DNA of 64,000 nt, taken from contig LWDN01000051.1 of NCBI GenBank assembly GCA_002083515.1, positions 27,561-91,560 on the forward strand, written 5' to 3'. The DNA comes from Proteobacteria bacterium HN_bin10. GTDB taxonomy: Bacteria > Pseudomonadota > Alphaproteobacteria > Caulobacterales > Aquidulcibacteraceae. Position numbers and translations under genes: made by a program. The notes under the pieces are model-generated. The model did no database searches. It was not told where the DNA came from and saw only the letters and a list, made by a program, of their open reading frames with translations. Positions within the stretch are counted from its first letter, which is position 1. Each line of letters opens with the position of its first letter. Of this stretch, positions 50,341-60,174 are shown piece after piece.

Positions 50341-51063
50341 GTGATTGCGCGTCTCTTTCTATTGATCGCCTTGGCTCTTGCCGGCCCAGCCGCCGCGCAG
50401 ACTTTTAACGGTCAGGAACAGGCGGAAATCCGCGCCATCGTGCGCGAGTACCTCGTCCGCAATCCCGACGTCCTGCGCGAGGCGCTCGACGCTCTGGCCG
50501 AGCGCAACGCGGCGGAACGCTGGCAGGAAATCCGCAGCGATCCACGCGACTTCGCCATCGGTCCAGCCAATGCGGCTGTCACCATCGTCGAATTCTACGA
50601 CTATCGCTGCGCTTATTGCCATGCGGCGCTGGAATGGGTGCTGGATGTCAGCCGGACGCGCCGCGATGTGCGCATCGTCTTCAAGGAATTGCCCATCTTG
50701 AGCGACGCTTCGATGGAGGCGGCGCGCGCGGCGGTGGCCGCCATGCCGCAGGGGCGGTATCTGCAGTTCCACCAGGCGTTGATGAGCTTTCCGCTCGATC
50801 AGGACATGACTTCGCAGCAAATCGACGCGCTGGCGCGGAGAAGCGGCATCGACGTCGCCCGCATGCGGCGCGCCATGGACAATCCCGAGATCACCCGCTT
50901 GCTCGAACAGAACCGCGCGCACGCGCTCGATTATGAGATCAACGGCACGCCGGGATTCGTCATCAATGGCGAACTTGTCCCGGGCTTCAACGAACCGCTG
51001 CTCAACGCGCGGCTGCGCGAGGCGACGCAGGAGGCGCGCGAGCGCCGCACGGCGTCGCGCTAA
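50341..51063 (+). CDS. DsbA family protein
   Basis: VREYLVRNPDVL, EFYDYRCAYC, KELPIL, NGTPGFVING. Confidence 0.92.
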   Translation: MIARLFLLIALALAGPAAAQTFNGQEQAEIRAIVREYLVRNPDVLREALDALAERNAAERWQEIRSDPRDFAIGPANAAVTIVEFYDYRCAYCHAALEWVLDVSRTRRDVRIVFKELPILSDASMEAARAAVAAMPQGRYLQFHQALMSFPLDQDMTSQQIDALARRSGIDVARMRRAMDNPEITRLLEQNRAHALDYEINGTPGFVINGELVPGFNEPLLNARLREATQEARERRTASR

Positions 51064-51100
51064 ACGGTCATGCCGGCTGGAGGCGCACGGCGCTCCGCAT

Positions 51101-51871
51101 CTAAATCCGCCCCGTCGCCGCCGCACTGACCAGCGTCAGCTGGCGCGCCAGCAATGGCCGTTGCGTTTGTCCCTGCTCTAGCGCACGCAAATACCCCGGC
51201 ACCAGCGCAATATAACCGAACGCCGGAAAGCCCGCACTCGCTGCTGTTTTCGCCCATGCGCCGGCGCCGCTATGAGCGAGCAGCGTCCGGCTGCGTAGGT
51301 CTGATATCGATCCGCCCTTGCGCGGCAGGGAGCTGCGGCCCCGCGCGCGCCAGTGCGCTTGCGAACGCATGAAACCGACATAAGTCCACGCACGCGCCGC
51401 GTAACTCGCAATGCCGTTCGACGGGTCGTAGGCGCCGCAGGCAGCGAGTGCGAGACGAATGACATTGCCCGCCGTCTGCTCGGCGTAGGCTTCGAGATCG
51501 GCCCATTCCGCGAAAGGCTCGGTGAGAAAGTCGCAACTGCTCCGCGTTTCGATCATCAGCTCCCACGGCGCAAAAGGCAGCGCCACGCCTGACATCGTCT
51601 CGGCATAGCGGATGAGCGCAGGGTGTGCGCGCGGAGCTGCGCCTTGCGCGATCTCCTCCAGCGCCTCTCGCCACCAAGTCAACCGGATCAGGCCAAGCGG
51701 CGCTTCGTTCACCGTTTCGGCGATCCGCGCGATCTCATAATTCACCGCATAGATGGCGATCAGCCGCTCGCGCACGCGCGCCGGCGCAAACCGCGACGCG
51801 AGCCACCGGTCTTCGTCGACGCGGCGGACCTGGGCGCTAAGCGCCGCGAATGGCGAGTGGGGAGTGGTCAT
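51101..51871 (-). CDS. Squalene/phytoene synthase-like protein (NDUFAF6-like)
   Basis: D.DRWLASRFAP, AIYAVNYEIARI, GLIRLTWWREAL, LEAYAEQTAG. Confidence 0.85.
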   Translation of the reverse strand: MTTPHSPFAALSAQVRRVDEDRWLASRFAPARVRERLIAIYAVNYEIARIAETVNEAPLGLIRLTWWREALEEIAQGAAPRAHPALIRYAETMSGVALPFAPWELMIETRSSCDFLTEPFAEWADLEAYAEQTAGNVIRLALAACGAYDPSNGIASYAARAWTYVGFMRSQAHWRARGRSSLPRKGGSISDLRSRTLLAHSGAGAWAKTAASAGFPAFGYIALVPGYLRALEQGQTQRPLLARQLTLVSAAATGRI

Positions 51872-51914
51872 CGCCTCCACCCGCCCTATTCGCTATTCGC
51901 CACTCGCCATTCGC
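51846..51914. repeat. Inverted heptamer tandem arrays
   Basis: GCGAATG-GCGAGTG-GGGAGTG (51846-51866) facing CTATTCG-CTATTCG-CCACTCG-CCATTCG (51886-51913). Confidence 0.8.
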
Positions 51915-52543
51915 TAAAACAGCGTGCTCGCGCCCGTCATCGCCACCAGCATCGGCACGGAAAGGAACGTGTTGGTGCGCGAGAACAGCATCGCCGTCTT
52001 GCCGGCGGCGGCTTTCGCGGCGGCGTCGAGATCGGGATATTTGTTGGCGATGTTCAGCGCCTTCTGCTGGTTCGGCCAGATGATGAACCAGACATTGAAC
52101 CACATGACGATGGCGAGCCACATGCCGATGCCGATCAGGATGTGCTTGGGCACCGCGAAGCCTGGATCGTCGAGCGCGCCGAGGCTCAGCGCTTGCACGA
52201 GATAATTCTGGTTCCACGCCAGCAGCAGGCCGGTGATCAGGGTCAGCATCGCGCCCCAACGAAACCAGAACAAAGCCGCCGGCGCGATCACCTTCGTCAC
52301 CGCCGGCTTCTGCTCGTCGGGGATTTTCGGCATGTTCGGGATCTGGGTGAAATTGAAATAGTAGAGGTGGCCGATCCACATGATGCCGAACAGCACATGG
52401 GTCCAACGGAATGCGGCTTCCCAGAACGCGCTGTCGCCGAAGGCGTAGCCGGCGACGCCCATCGCGAAATAGATGAGGAACAGCGCGCCGACCGCGGTCG
52501 CGGTCCAGGCGACGTAGCGCAAATTGCTCAAGAACCAAGCCAT
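51914..52543 (-). CDS. Urate hydroxylase PuuD N-terminal-like membrane protein
   Basis: RWTHVLFGIMWIGHLYYFNF, ALFWFRWGA, NVWFIIWPNQQK, SRTNTFLSVPM. Confidence 0.85.
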   Translation of the reverse strand: MAWFLSNLRYVAWTATAVGALFLIYFAMGVAGYAFGDSAFWEAAFRWTHVLFGIMWIGHLYYFNFTQIPNMPKIPDEQKPAVTKVIAPAALFWFRWGAMLTLITGLLLAWNQNYLVQALSLGALDDPGFAVPKHILIGIGMWLAIVMWFNVWFIIWPNQQKALNIANKYPDLDAAAKAAAGKTAMLFSRTNTFLSVPMLVAMTGASTLF

Positions 52544-52581
52544 GACAAACTCCTCCAGCTGGCGCGGGGAGCGGTCTCGCC

Positions 52582-53625
52582 CTAGCCCGCTGTCTGCGGG
52601 GCCCCGCGCGCTTCGCTGCCGCCTTCGCGGCCGCGCTTCACTCCCCAAAGCAGGATCGCGGGCGCAGCCACATAGAGCGACGAATACGTGCCGACGATAA
52701 TGCCGAAGATCATCGCAATCGCGAAGCCCGAAAGCGCCTCGCCGCCCAAATAAAGAAGCCCGATCAGCGCGAACAAGGCCGTGCAACCCGTAATGATCGT
52801 GCGGGAAAGCGTTTCGTTCAGCGACAAATCCACCAATTGGCCAAGGGGCATTTTTTTGTACTTGCGTAGGTTTTCGCGAAGGCGATCGAACACCACGACC
52901 GTATCGTTCATGGAATAACCGATAATCGTAAGCAGCGCGGCGATGATGGTGAGCGTGAACTCAAGCCTGAAGAACGAGAACAGCCCCAGCGTCAGGATCA
53001 CGTCATGGAAGAGCGCCATGACGCCGCCCAGCCCGAAATACCATTCGAAGCGGAACCAGATGTAGACGAGCATCAAAAGGATCGCGAGCCCGAGCGCAAT
53101 CAGGCCGCCGGAGAACAATTCCTCCGACACCTTGGCGCTGACCGAGTCGACGTTGGCGATGCGCGCGCCTGCGGTCACGGAGGGCAGGCCTTCGCGAATT
53201 TCTTCAACCGTGTCGGCCTGATCGGGGGCGGTCTCGAAGTTGAGGATGGCGCAATAAGGCGGCGCATTCACCGGCCGGCAGGTCGTGCCCTGCACTTCGA
53301 CATCGCCCTCTTGCGACCGCTGACCGAGCGCACGCAGCGCTTCTTGATCGATGGGAGTCGGCGCCTCGATCAGAATCGAGACGCCGCCCCGGAAATCAAT
53401 GCCGAGATTGAAACCGCGCTCCATGATTGCGCCCAGGCGCGCGAGGGGGCTGCCCTCCGCTTGCTGATAGATCGCCACCGGATTCTCCCGGAACCCGCCG
53501 GTGAACATCGACGCCAGCGACGCCAGCACCAATCCGATCGACATGAACGCCGCGAAGCCCGCGAAACGGACATAGGTGAAGTTCGTTTTCTTGGGCAGAA
53601 GCCGGATCAGAGGCCACCAACTCAT
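52582..53625 (-). CDS. secF: Protein translocase subunit SecF
   Basis: NLGIDFRGG, YIWFRFEW, HDV, GYSMNDTVVVFDRLREN, GTYSS. Confidence 0.96.
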   Translation of the reverse strand: MSWWPLIRLLPKKTNFTYVRFAGFAAFMSIGLVLASLASMFTGGFRENPVAIYQQAEGSPLARLGAIMERGFNLGIDFRGGVSILIEAPTPIDQEALRALGQRSQEGDVEVQGTTCRPVNAPPYCAILNFETAPDQADTVEEIREGLPSVTAGARIANVDSVSAKVSEELFSGGLIALGLAILLMLVYIWFRFEWYFGLGGVMALFHDVILTLGLFSFFRLEFTLTIIAALLTIIGYSMNDTVVVFDRLRENLRKYKKMPLGQLVDLSLNETLSRTIITGCTALFALIGLLYLGGEALSGFAIAMIFGIIVGTYSSLYVAAPAILLWGVKRGREGGSEARGAPQTAG

Positions 53626-53637
53626 ATGCAACGTCCC

Positions 53638-55233
53638 CTAAATCGGCAGCGTCTTGGGCCGCGCGGCGCGGAACCACCAAGCAATGAGAATTTGAGTCAC
53701 CAAAACCGCGGCGAACACCGATGTCACGACGCCGATCGACAATGTCCAGGCAAAGCCACGCACCGGACCGGCCCCGAACTGGAACAGGATTGCCGCCGCG
53801 AGGATGGTGGTCAGGTTCGCATCGATAATGGTGATCATGGCGCGGTTGAAGCCAGCGTCTATCGCGAGCGCCGGTCCCCTGCCCGCCGCCGCCTCCTCGC
53901 GCATGCGCTCATAGATCAGCACGTTGGCGTCAACTGCCATCGCGACCGTGAGGATCAGGCCCGCGATGCCCGGCAGCGTCAGCGCAGCGCCGATCGTCGA
54001 CATGGCGGCCATGATCAGAATGAAATTCACCACCAAGGCGAGACACGCAAAGATGCCGAAGAGTCCATAGGCCAGCAGCATGAATAGGAACGTGACCACC
54101 CCCGCCACCGCCGACGCCCGCGCGCCGGACTCGATGGCGTCGCGCCCGAGACTTGCATCGACGGTGCGCTCATCGATCACCGAGAGCGGCGCCGGCAGCG
54201 CGCCGGCGCGCAGCATGACCGCGAGATTGTTGGCGCTTTCGGCGGTGAAATTGCCCGATATCTGTCCAGTGCCGCCGCAGATCGGTTCATTGATGCGCGG
54301 CGCCGTCAGCACCTGATTGTCGAGCAAAATGGCAAAGCGTTCGCCCGTGTATTGCCGGGTGATGCGGCAGAAGAGCCGGGTGCCTTCGCTGTCGAGCGCA
54401 AAGCTCAGCACGAACTCGCCAGTCTGCGGGTCGGTCGAGGGGTTGGCGCGAACGAGACGCTCGCCGGTGAAACGCGGACGGCGCTCCACCACTTCAGACG
54501 ATCCGCCGCTGTCGGGATAGGGCTGCACCACCATGGCGCCGATCGGCGTCCGCCCGGCGGCGGCATCTTCCGGCGGCACGTTGCGCACCATGTGGAAGGT
54601 CATCAGCGCCGTCTGGCCGATGCGCGCCTTCAGCATTTCCGGGTCGCTGACGCCGGGCGCCTGCACGATGATGCGATCGTCGCCCTGCCGGACAATCGTG
54701 ACTTCGCTGGTGCCGGTCGGGTCGATGCGGCGCCGGATCACCTCGATCGATTGCTGCGCCGCCTGGCGGCTCAATTCGCGCAAGTGCGCCGGCGTGATGC
54801 GCGCTTCGATCAGGCCGTCCGCACTCTCCGTGAACTCGATGATGTCGTTGCCAGTCGTGGTCGACTGCCCGAGCGGGCGCAGCACACGCCGCGCCGCTTC
54901 CATTTGCGTCGGATCGATCAGGCGAATGCGCGCTGCATCGCCGACCACGCCGCGTCCGGTGTAACGAATTTGCGGGTCCGCCTCGCGCAGCGCCGAGGCC
55001 ATCTGGTCGGCGATGTTATCGAGCTGCTGATGCTGCATCGTGGCGGTGTCGATCTCGAGCAGCAGTTGCGAACCGCCGCGTAGATCGAGCCCGAGATTGA
55101 TCGCCTGCTTCGGCAGGAAGTTCGGGATCTGATCCCGCATCTGCTCCGGCACGAAATTGGGAAACGCGAACGCAATCCCCATCGCGGTCACGACCGCAAC
55201 CAGGATCACCCGCCACCGCGCGAGCTGAAGCAT
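53638..55233 (-). CDS. secD: Protein translocase subunit SecD
   Basis: NLGLDLRGG, RRRID, LRAGALPAP, LTLPGIAG, VDANVLIYERMREE. Confidence 0.97.
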   Translation of the reverse strand: MLQLARWRVILVAVVTAMGIAFAFPNFVPEQMRDQIPNFLPKQAINLGLDLRGGSQLLLEIDTATMQHQQLDNIADQMASALREADPQIRYTGRGVVGDAARIRLIDPTQMEAARRVLRPLGQSTTTGNDIIEFTESADGLIEARITPAHLRELSRQAAQQSIEVIRRRIDPTGTSEVTIVRQGDDRIIVQAPGVSDPEMLKARIGQTALMTFHMVRNVPPEDAAAGRTPIGAMVVQPYPDSGGSSEVVERRPRFTGERLVRANPSTDPQTGEFVLSFALDSEGTRLFCRITRQYTGERFAILLDNQVLTAPRINEPICGGTGQISGNFTAESANNLAVMLRAGALPAPLSVIDERTVDASLGRDAIESGARASAVAGVVTFLFMLLAYGLFGIFACLALVVNFILIMAAMSTIGAALTLPGIAGLILTVAMAVDANVLIYERMREEAAAGRGPALAIDAGFNRAMITIIDANLTTILAAAILFQFGAGPVRGFAWTLSIGVVTSVFAAVLVTQILIAWWFRAARPKTLPI

Positions 55234-55238
55234 GTGGA

Positions 55239-55586
55239 CTATTCCGCCTTGGAATCGTTAGCCGGCGCCGGCTCAGTCTTGGACCGCACTTCGGCGATGG
55301 TGTGACGCAGCACCCGCACGACGACGTTCGGCGCAAGCTCGACGCGGACTTCATCGTCCTGCACCGATGTCACCTTGCCGACGAGCCCACCGGCGGTGAC
55401 CACGTGGTCGTTCTTCTTCAAGGCCGCGATCATCTCCATGTGCCGCTTGCGCGCCTGCTGCTGCGGCCGGATCAGCAAGAAATAGAACACGACGAAAATC
55501 AGAATGAGCGGCGCGATCTGCATAATCAGACCGGCGGTCGGATCGCCAGCCGCTCCGGTTTGCGCGTATGCGGAAGAAATGAACAT
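55239..55586 (-). CDS. yajC: Preprotein translocase subunit YajC
   Basis: FYFLLIRPQQ, VVTAGGLVGKV. Confidence 0.96.
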   Translation of the reverse strand: MFISSAYAQTGAAGDPTAGLIMQIAPLILIFVVFYFLLIRPQQQARKRHMEMIAALKKNDHVVTAGGLVGKVTSVQDDEVRVELAPNVVVRVLRHTIAEVRSKTEPAPANDSKAE

Positions 55587-55719
55587 TGAGCCTCTTATGA
55601 GACGGCCAAGCCGTTCGCTGATGGGAGGAGCTTCGGCCCCGAAAGAAGGCCGGGACTATATCGGCCAGCGGCGCCTTTTCAATCGGATGACGCTGCCGTT
55701 TTGCGCCGTTTCGCCGCAG

Positions 55720-56691
55720 CTAGGGGTCGCGTGTCGTCATCAGCGGCGCAGGGTCGAGCGCCTCGCTGCCCCGGCGCACCTGAAACAGGAGCCGCGCCTG
55801 GCCATTGGGACGCGCGCCAAGCTCGGCCACCGCCTCCCCGGCGCGTACGCGCTGGCCCTCGCGCACCAGCGCGCGGCGATTGTAGGCGTAGGCGGTCACG
55901 TAATTGTCGGCGTGGCGGATGAGCACGAGGTGGTCCAGTCCCTCGATGTCGGCGCCGGCGTAGACGACATCGCCATCGGCAGCGGCGCTGATCGCCGCGC
56001 CTTCGCGGCCGGCGATCTCGATGCCATCGATCCGCATGCCACCGGGCTGAGCGCCATAGCGCGCGACAATCTCGCCCCGCAGCGGCCAGGCGAAGCGACC
56101 CGACGGGTTTGGCGCGGCGGCGCTCGGCCGCGGTGTGTTCGGAGCCGCTTCCTCGTATTGACGCGCAATTGCCGGCAACACCAACCGATCGCCGCGTCTT
56201 ACTTCATAGGGCGGCTGCATGCGGTTGAGCAGCGCCAGCGACCGCGCGTCGATATCGTAGCGCCTCGCCACGTCCTCCAAACTCTCGCCGCGCGCCACGA
56301 CATGAAAGCGCGGCGGCGGCAGCGCAATCACGCGCCCCGGCGGAAGCGCGTAAGGCGGCTCAAGCTGGTTCTGATCGATCAGCGCACGGATCGGAATCTG
56401 ATAACGCGTGGCGATGTCGTAGAGCGTCTCATCCGCCGCCACAGTGTGCGCGCGCGGCGGATTGGCCGGATCGAAACCCTGCCGCGGTTGCAGCGCATAG
56501 GCCGAAAGCGGCGTGCCCTCGCCATCGGCCCAATCCGGGGCGGGCGGCGCCTCGCTTTGCGGCGCTCCACGCTGTTCCGACGGCTGAGAACGCGGAGCGG
56601 GAGTTCCCGCACCGCCATAGGAAATCGGCGCACCGCCGCCGGCGGCGCAGGCGCTTACAATCAGCGCAAGGAATGGTCCGGCGCGCGGCAC
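55720..56691 (-). CDS. NlpD/DipM-like lipoprotein with 2 LysM domains and a degenerate M23 domain
   Basis: Lipobox VSAC, two LysM repeats, FAWPLRG; zinc ligands replaced (IDGIE, LLFQVR); follows pcm; start inferred. Confidence 0.85.
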   Translation of the reverse strand: MPRAGPFLALIVSACAAGGGAPISYGGAGTPAPRSQPSEQRGAPQSEAPPAPDWADGEGTPLSAYALQPRQGFDPANPPRAHTVAADETLYDIATRYQIPIRALIDQNQLEPPYALPPGRVIALPPPRFHVVARGESLEDVARRYDIDARSLALLNRMQPPYEVRRGDRLVLPAIARQYEEAAPNTPRPSAAAPNPSGRFAWPLRGEIVARYGAQPGGMRIDGIEIAGREGAAISAAADGDVVYAGADIEGLDHLVLIRHADNYVTAYAYNRRALVREGQRVRAGEAVAELGARPNGQARLLFQVRRGSEALDPAPLMTTRDP

Positions 56692-56722
56692 GCCGAAGCT
56701 TCCGCCAGAATCGCATCCGCAC

Positions 56723-57361
56723 TCAAGCCGCAGACGGCGCCTCGCCCAATCCGCGCTCCAGCGGCTGCAAACGGATCGGCCCCAAATCCTCGCGCACGCC
56801 ATTGCGAAAGCGGATCAAGCGTTGATTCTGCGCATCGCCCAAAGGCGCAACGATGACGCCGCCTGGCTTCAGTTGCTCAAGCAGCGGCGCCGGAAAATCC
56901 TCCAACGCCGCATTGACGATGATCCGATCGTAGGGCGCTTCATCGGGCCAACCGCCGAAGCCATCGGCGGTGTGCGCAAAGGTTCGCATCAGCCGCGCGG
57001 TGCCGAACTTGCCGCGCGCCGCGACGGTCAGATCGCCCCAGCGCTCGAGAGTGATCACCTTGTTGACGATGGTGGAGATCGCCGCCGCCTGAAAACCGGA
57101 ACCGGCGCCAACCTCAAGCACCGTCTCGCCCGCCTCCGGCGCAAGCGCTGCGATCATGCGCCCTACGATCGAAGGCTTGGTCATGGTCTGCGCATGGGCA
57201 AGCGGCAATCCGACATCGTCCAGCGCCAAACCCTCGAGATGATCGGGCGCGTAGTGCGTGCGCGGCGTCCGCTCCAGCGCCGAAAGCGCGCGCGCATCGG
57301 TCACGCCAGCCTGGCGCATGTCGAGCACGAACCGCATGAGGCGCGAGGGATCGATGGTCAT
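56723..57361 (-). CDS. pcm: Protein-L-isoaspartate O-methyltransferase
   Basis: VLEVGAGSGFQAA, DG..GWPDEAPYDRI, QLKPGG. Confidence 0.92.
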   Translation of the reverse strand: MTIDPSRLMRFVLDMRQAGVTDARALSALERTPRTHYAPDHLEGLALDDVGLPLAHAQTMTKPSIVGRMIAALAPEAGETVLEVGAGSGFQAAAISTIVNKVITLERWGDLTVAARGKFGTARLMRTFAHTADGFGGWPDEAPYDRIIVNAALEDFPAPLLEQLKPGGVIVAPLGDAQNQRLIRFRNGVREDLGPIRLQPLERGLGEAPSAA

Positions 57362-57368
57362 CGCGTCG

Positions 57369-58157
57369 CTAGTCGCCCAGTTTCGGCACGGCGCCGCCCA
57401 ACACGCCCTTCAGCCGATGCACGGTGTCCATATGGGTGAGATCGACATGCAACGGCGTCACCGAAATGCGCCCGTCATAGATCGCCCGCAGGTCGGCGCC
57501 TTCCGGTGGGTTGGAGAGTTTGCCGCGGAAACCCAGCCAATAATACGTGCCGCCACGCGGATCGGTGCGCTTGTCGGCATAGACAATGTGGTGATCGCGT
57601 CGGCCTTGCTTGGTGACCTCCACCTCCTTCACCTCGTCCGGCGGCACATCGGGGAAGTTGATGTTGATCAGCACATCCTTCGGCCAGCCGTGCTTCAAGA
57701 GCTGGCCGACCACGCCAGGCCCGTACGTTTCAGCGGTTTCCCAGGGAATCTTGGCTTCTTCGCCGCGAAAGCCGCGCGCCTGCGACAGCGCGATCGCCGG
57801 AATACCCAATTGCATGCCCTGCATGGCGCCGGCGATGGTGCCGGAGAACGTCACGTCTTCGGCGATGTTCTGGCCGCGATTGACGCCGGAGAGCACAAGA
57901 TCGGGCGCCTTGCCCTCCATCAAATGCTCGACGCCCAAGAGCACGCAATCGGTTGGCGTACCCGACACAGCAAACCGCTTGGGCCCCGCCGGGCGCACGC
58001 GGATCGGATCGGTCAAGGTCAGCGCGCGCGAGGCGCCCGATTGTTCGCTCTCCGGCGCGATCACCCAAACGTCATCGCTGAACGCGCGCGCGATTTTCTC
58101 CAGGATCGCCAGGCCCGTGGCGTGAATGCCGTCATCATTGGTGCAGAGAATGCGCAT
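57369..58157 (-). CDS. surE: 5'/3'-nucleotidase SurE
   Basis: [34 protein letters not shown]. Confidence 0.97.
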   Translation of the reverse strand: MRILCTNDDGIHATGLAILEKIARAFSDDVWVIAPESEQSGASRALTLTDPIRVRPAGPKRFAVSGTPTDCVLLGVEHLMEGKAPDLVLSGVNRGQNIAEDVTFSGTIAGAMQGMQLGIPAIALSQARGFRGEEAKIPWETAETYGPGVVGQLLKHGWPKDVLININFPDVPPDEVKEVEVTKQGRRDHHIVYADKRTDPRGGTYYWLGFRGKLSNPPEGADLRAIYDGRISVTPLHVDLTHMDTVHRLKGVLGGAVPKLGD

Positions 58158-58200
58158 GGCCGTCCGCTTAGCGCGAACGGCCATGGCTGTCACGAAACCC

Positions 58201-58608
58201 CTACTTCCAAGCGCCCAGAATTGCGCCCGCCGCGCCCCAGCACACCAAGAAATGCGCGAGGTTTACAGGCAGGTATGACGCTGTGTGAGCGCCATAGACA
58301 TAGCCGTAGAGGCTGGTCGAAAACCCAAACAGGACAGCCATCAAGAGTGCGGTTGTGACGCCGCCCATCAGACCCGGTGCGTTACGCCACTTGATTGTGT
58401 GCGAAAGTCCGATCGCCGTCAGCAGCGGCATGATGATGCCAAACGGCATGCGCGACATGCCGACCGCAGCCGCCTGCTCAGCTGAAAAGCCGGTGAAGCC
58501 CTGATACTGCTCCGCCGTCATCAGCACCGCGAAAATGACGTACTCGATGGCATAGATCGCGATCGCCGCAACCAGAATGGCGAGCGCGTTGTGGCCCATG
58601 ACTCGCAT
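58201..58608 (-). CDS. DUF1761-like membrane protein
   Basis: Four hydrophobic helices, N.LAILVAA start, GAILGAW end; SD GAGGGAG. Confidence 0.7.
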   Translation of the reverse strand: MRVMGHNALAILVAAIAIYAIEYVIFAVLMTAEQYQGFTGFSAEQAAAVGMSRMPFGIIMPLLTAIGLSHTIKWRNAPGLMGGVTTALLMAVLFGFSTSLYGYVYGAHTASYLPVNLAHFLVCWGAAGAILGAWK

Positions 58609-58711
58609 TGTTTTCTCCCTCGCTCAGCGGTCTAGCGCCGCCGGTTTGGGAGCAGTCTAGTCGGAGTCCGTGGGAGCGACGAATTCGTTTTCGACCAAGC
58701 GCGGCCCGAAA

Positions 58712-59077
58712 TCACCGGCAATCGATGGCCCAAATATCGTAAGTGGGATGATCGATGGCGTTCAGGCTGGGGCTCGATGAAAACAGCCAGCCGTGGAAGA
58801 TTTCCCGCCGCTCGCTTTCCTCGCCCTCGCGCGCGGGCGGGTGATCGAAGACGTTGACGTAAATCCGCACCAGCGGCGTTTCCTCTGGCGCGTTCTTGTA
58901 ACAAGCGCGGGCGATGACTTCGAGCGAACCGATGCGGGCCGGGCGGCCGACCGTCAGCGTATAGTCGCGGGCGTGTCCAGTGACTTTGTCGAGCCCGCGC
59001 ACGACTGCGCGCTGCGCGAAAGCGGGACCGACGCTCAAGGTCAAAATCGCCAGGGCGGCGGCAAGCGTACGCATCAT
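58712..59077 (-). CDS. DUF2155 domain protein
   Basis: RGLDKVTG, IFHGWLFSSSPSLNAIDHPTYDIWAIDC. Confidence 0.92.
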   Translation of the reverse strand: MMRTLAAALAILTLSVGPAFAQRAVVRGLDKVTGHARDYTLTVGRPARIGSLEVIARACYKNAPEETPLVRIYVNVFDHPPAREGEESERREIFHGWLFSSSPSLNAIDHPTYDIWAIDCR

Positions 59078-59556
59078 TGAACCGTGTCCTCCGCGGCGGC
59101 GCTCGCCCCGCCTGATCCTTGCGCGAAGCTGGCGAACAAAGTGAGCAGATCGATGGCGCCTTGCGTGTTTGGGATTTCAGCGCCGGGCGGCAACGGGTCG
59201 AGCCCGGCCGGCTCGATCGACACATGGGCGCCCCCAAGCAGACCGTCGCTGGCGATCCGCGCCGTGGAATCGTCGGGCACCTGGACGCCGATATCGAGCG
59301 CAAGCGTCAGCATGGCGTTGTAGGTGTTGGGGTCGAGTGTGACCGAACGCACCACGCCGACTTTGACGCCGGAGATGCGCACGTCGGTGCCAACGCCGAC
59401 GCCATCGACGCGCTGGAAACTCGCACGCAGTTCATAGCCGCCGGCGCCGCTGGTCTGGCCCGCCTGCGCCACAGCAAACGCGAAGAAACCCACGGCGACC
59501 GCGGCGACGGCCGCGCCAAGAATAGTCTCGCCCCAGCGCTCGAAGTTCACCTTCAC
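59074..59556 (-). CDS. mlaD: MlaD/MCE family protein
   Basis: ETILG, DGVGVGTDVRISGVKVG, ASDGLLGG, TQGAIDL. Confidence 0.9.
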   Translation of the reverse strand: MKVNFERWGETILGAAVAAVAVGFFAFAVAQAGQTSGAGGYELRASFQRVDGVGVGTDVRISGVKVGVVRSVTLDPNTYNAMLTLALDIGVQVPDDSTARIASDGLLGGAHVSIEPAGLDPLPPGAEIPNTQGAIDLLTLFASFAQGSGGASAAAEDTVQ

Positions 59557-59957
59557 TGCGCCTTCTCCGAATCCGGCGACCAAGCTTCGTAGTCGGCCGT
59601 TGACGGCTGCCTAACGCCGCCGCGGGCAAGCGAACCTTTCGGCCGATAGGCGCGCACCGTCCCGGTCATGTTCGGCTGATGCGGCTTTTCCCACTTCTGC
59701 CGCTTCAGCGGCGCCACCGTCGGCGGCTCGGCGATGGTGTGATGCATCCAACCATGCCAATCCGGCGAAACGCGGGAAGCCTCGGCTAGGCCATTGTAGA
59801 TCACGTAGCGGCGCTTGCGGCCCTCGATGCTGGGCCGCTTCTCTTCGTAATAGCGGTTGCCCTGCTCATCCTCGCCCACGAACACCCCGCGACGGCCGAT
59901 ATCGAACAGCGCACCCAGGGTGGCGCCGTTCCACCAGGTAAAAATCCGTTTGAGCAT
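59553..59957 (-). CDS. NADH:ubiquinone oxidoreductase NDUFA12 (17.2 kDa) family protein
   Basis: FTWWNG, GEDEQGNRYY, RYVIYNG..EASRV..WHGWMH, WEKPHQPNMTGT. Confidence 0.93.
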   Translation of the reverse strand: MLKRIFTWWNGATLGALFDIGRRGVFVGEDEQGNRYYEEKRPSIEGRKRRYVIYNGLAEASRVSPDWHGWMHHTIAEPPTVAPLKRQKWEKPHQPNMTGTVRAYRPKGSLARGGVRQPSTADYEAWSPDSEKAQ

Positions 59958-60067
59958 GGGCTTTTGTTTGTCTCCCGGCAGGCTTCTTCAGGCCGCTTTG
60001 CACGATTCCCAGAGCCAAGCGGCGCGCACTATGGCGATACCCCAACTCTCCGTCCAGTGCATCAGCG

Positions 60068-60116
60068 AAACAATATCCGGTGGTTATCCCAAGCTGCGAC
60101 CTACTAGATGTTGATT
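60068..60116. promoter_or_regulatory. Tandem NrdR-like boxes
   Basis: aaaCAATATCCGGtgg (60068-60083) and ctaCTAGATGTTGatt (60101-60116) resemble acaCwAtATaTwGtgt; starts are 33 bp apart; upstream of an nrdJ homologue. Confidence 0.65.
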
Positions 60117-60174
60117 GCGAGCCCGGATCAAAGGTAAGACTCAGGGTGCAAGGCCCCCAATGGAGCATGAGCCT

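Noticed and set aside
55720..56110. M23 domain lacking zinc ligands
   Set aside because: Typical of NlpD/DipM-type amidase activators; not novel.
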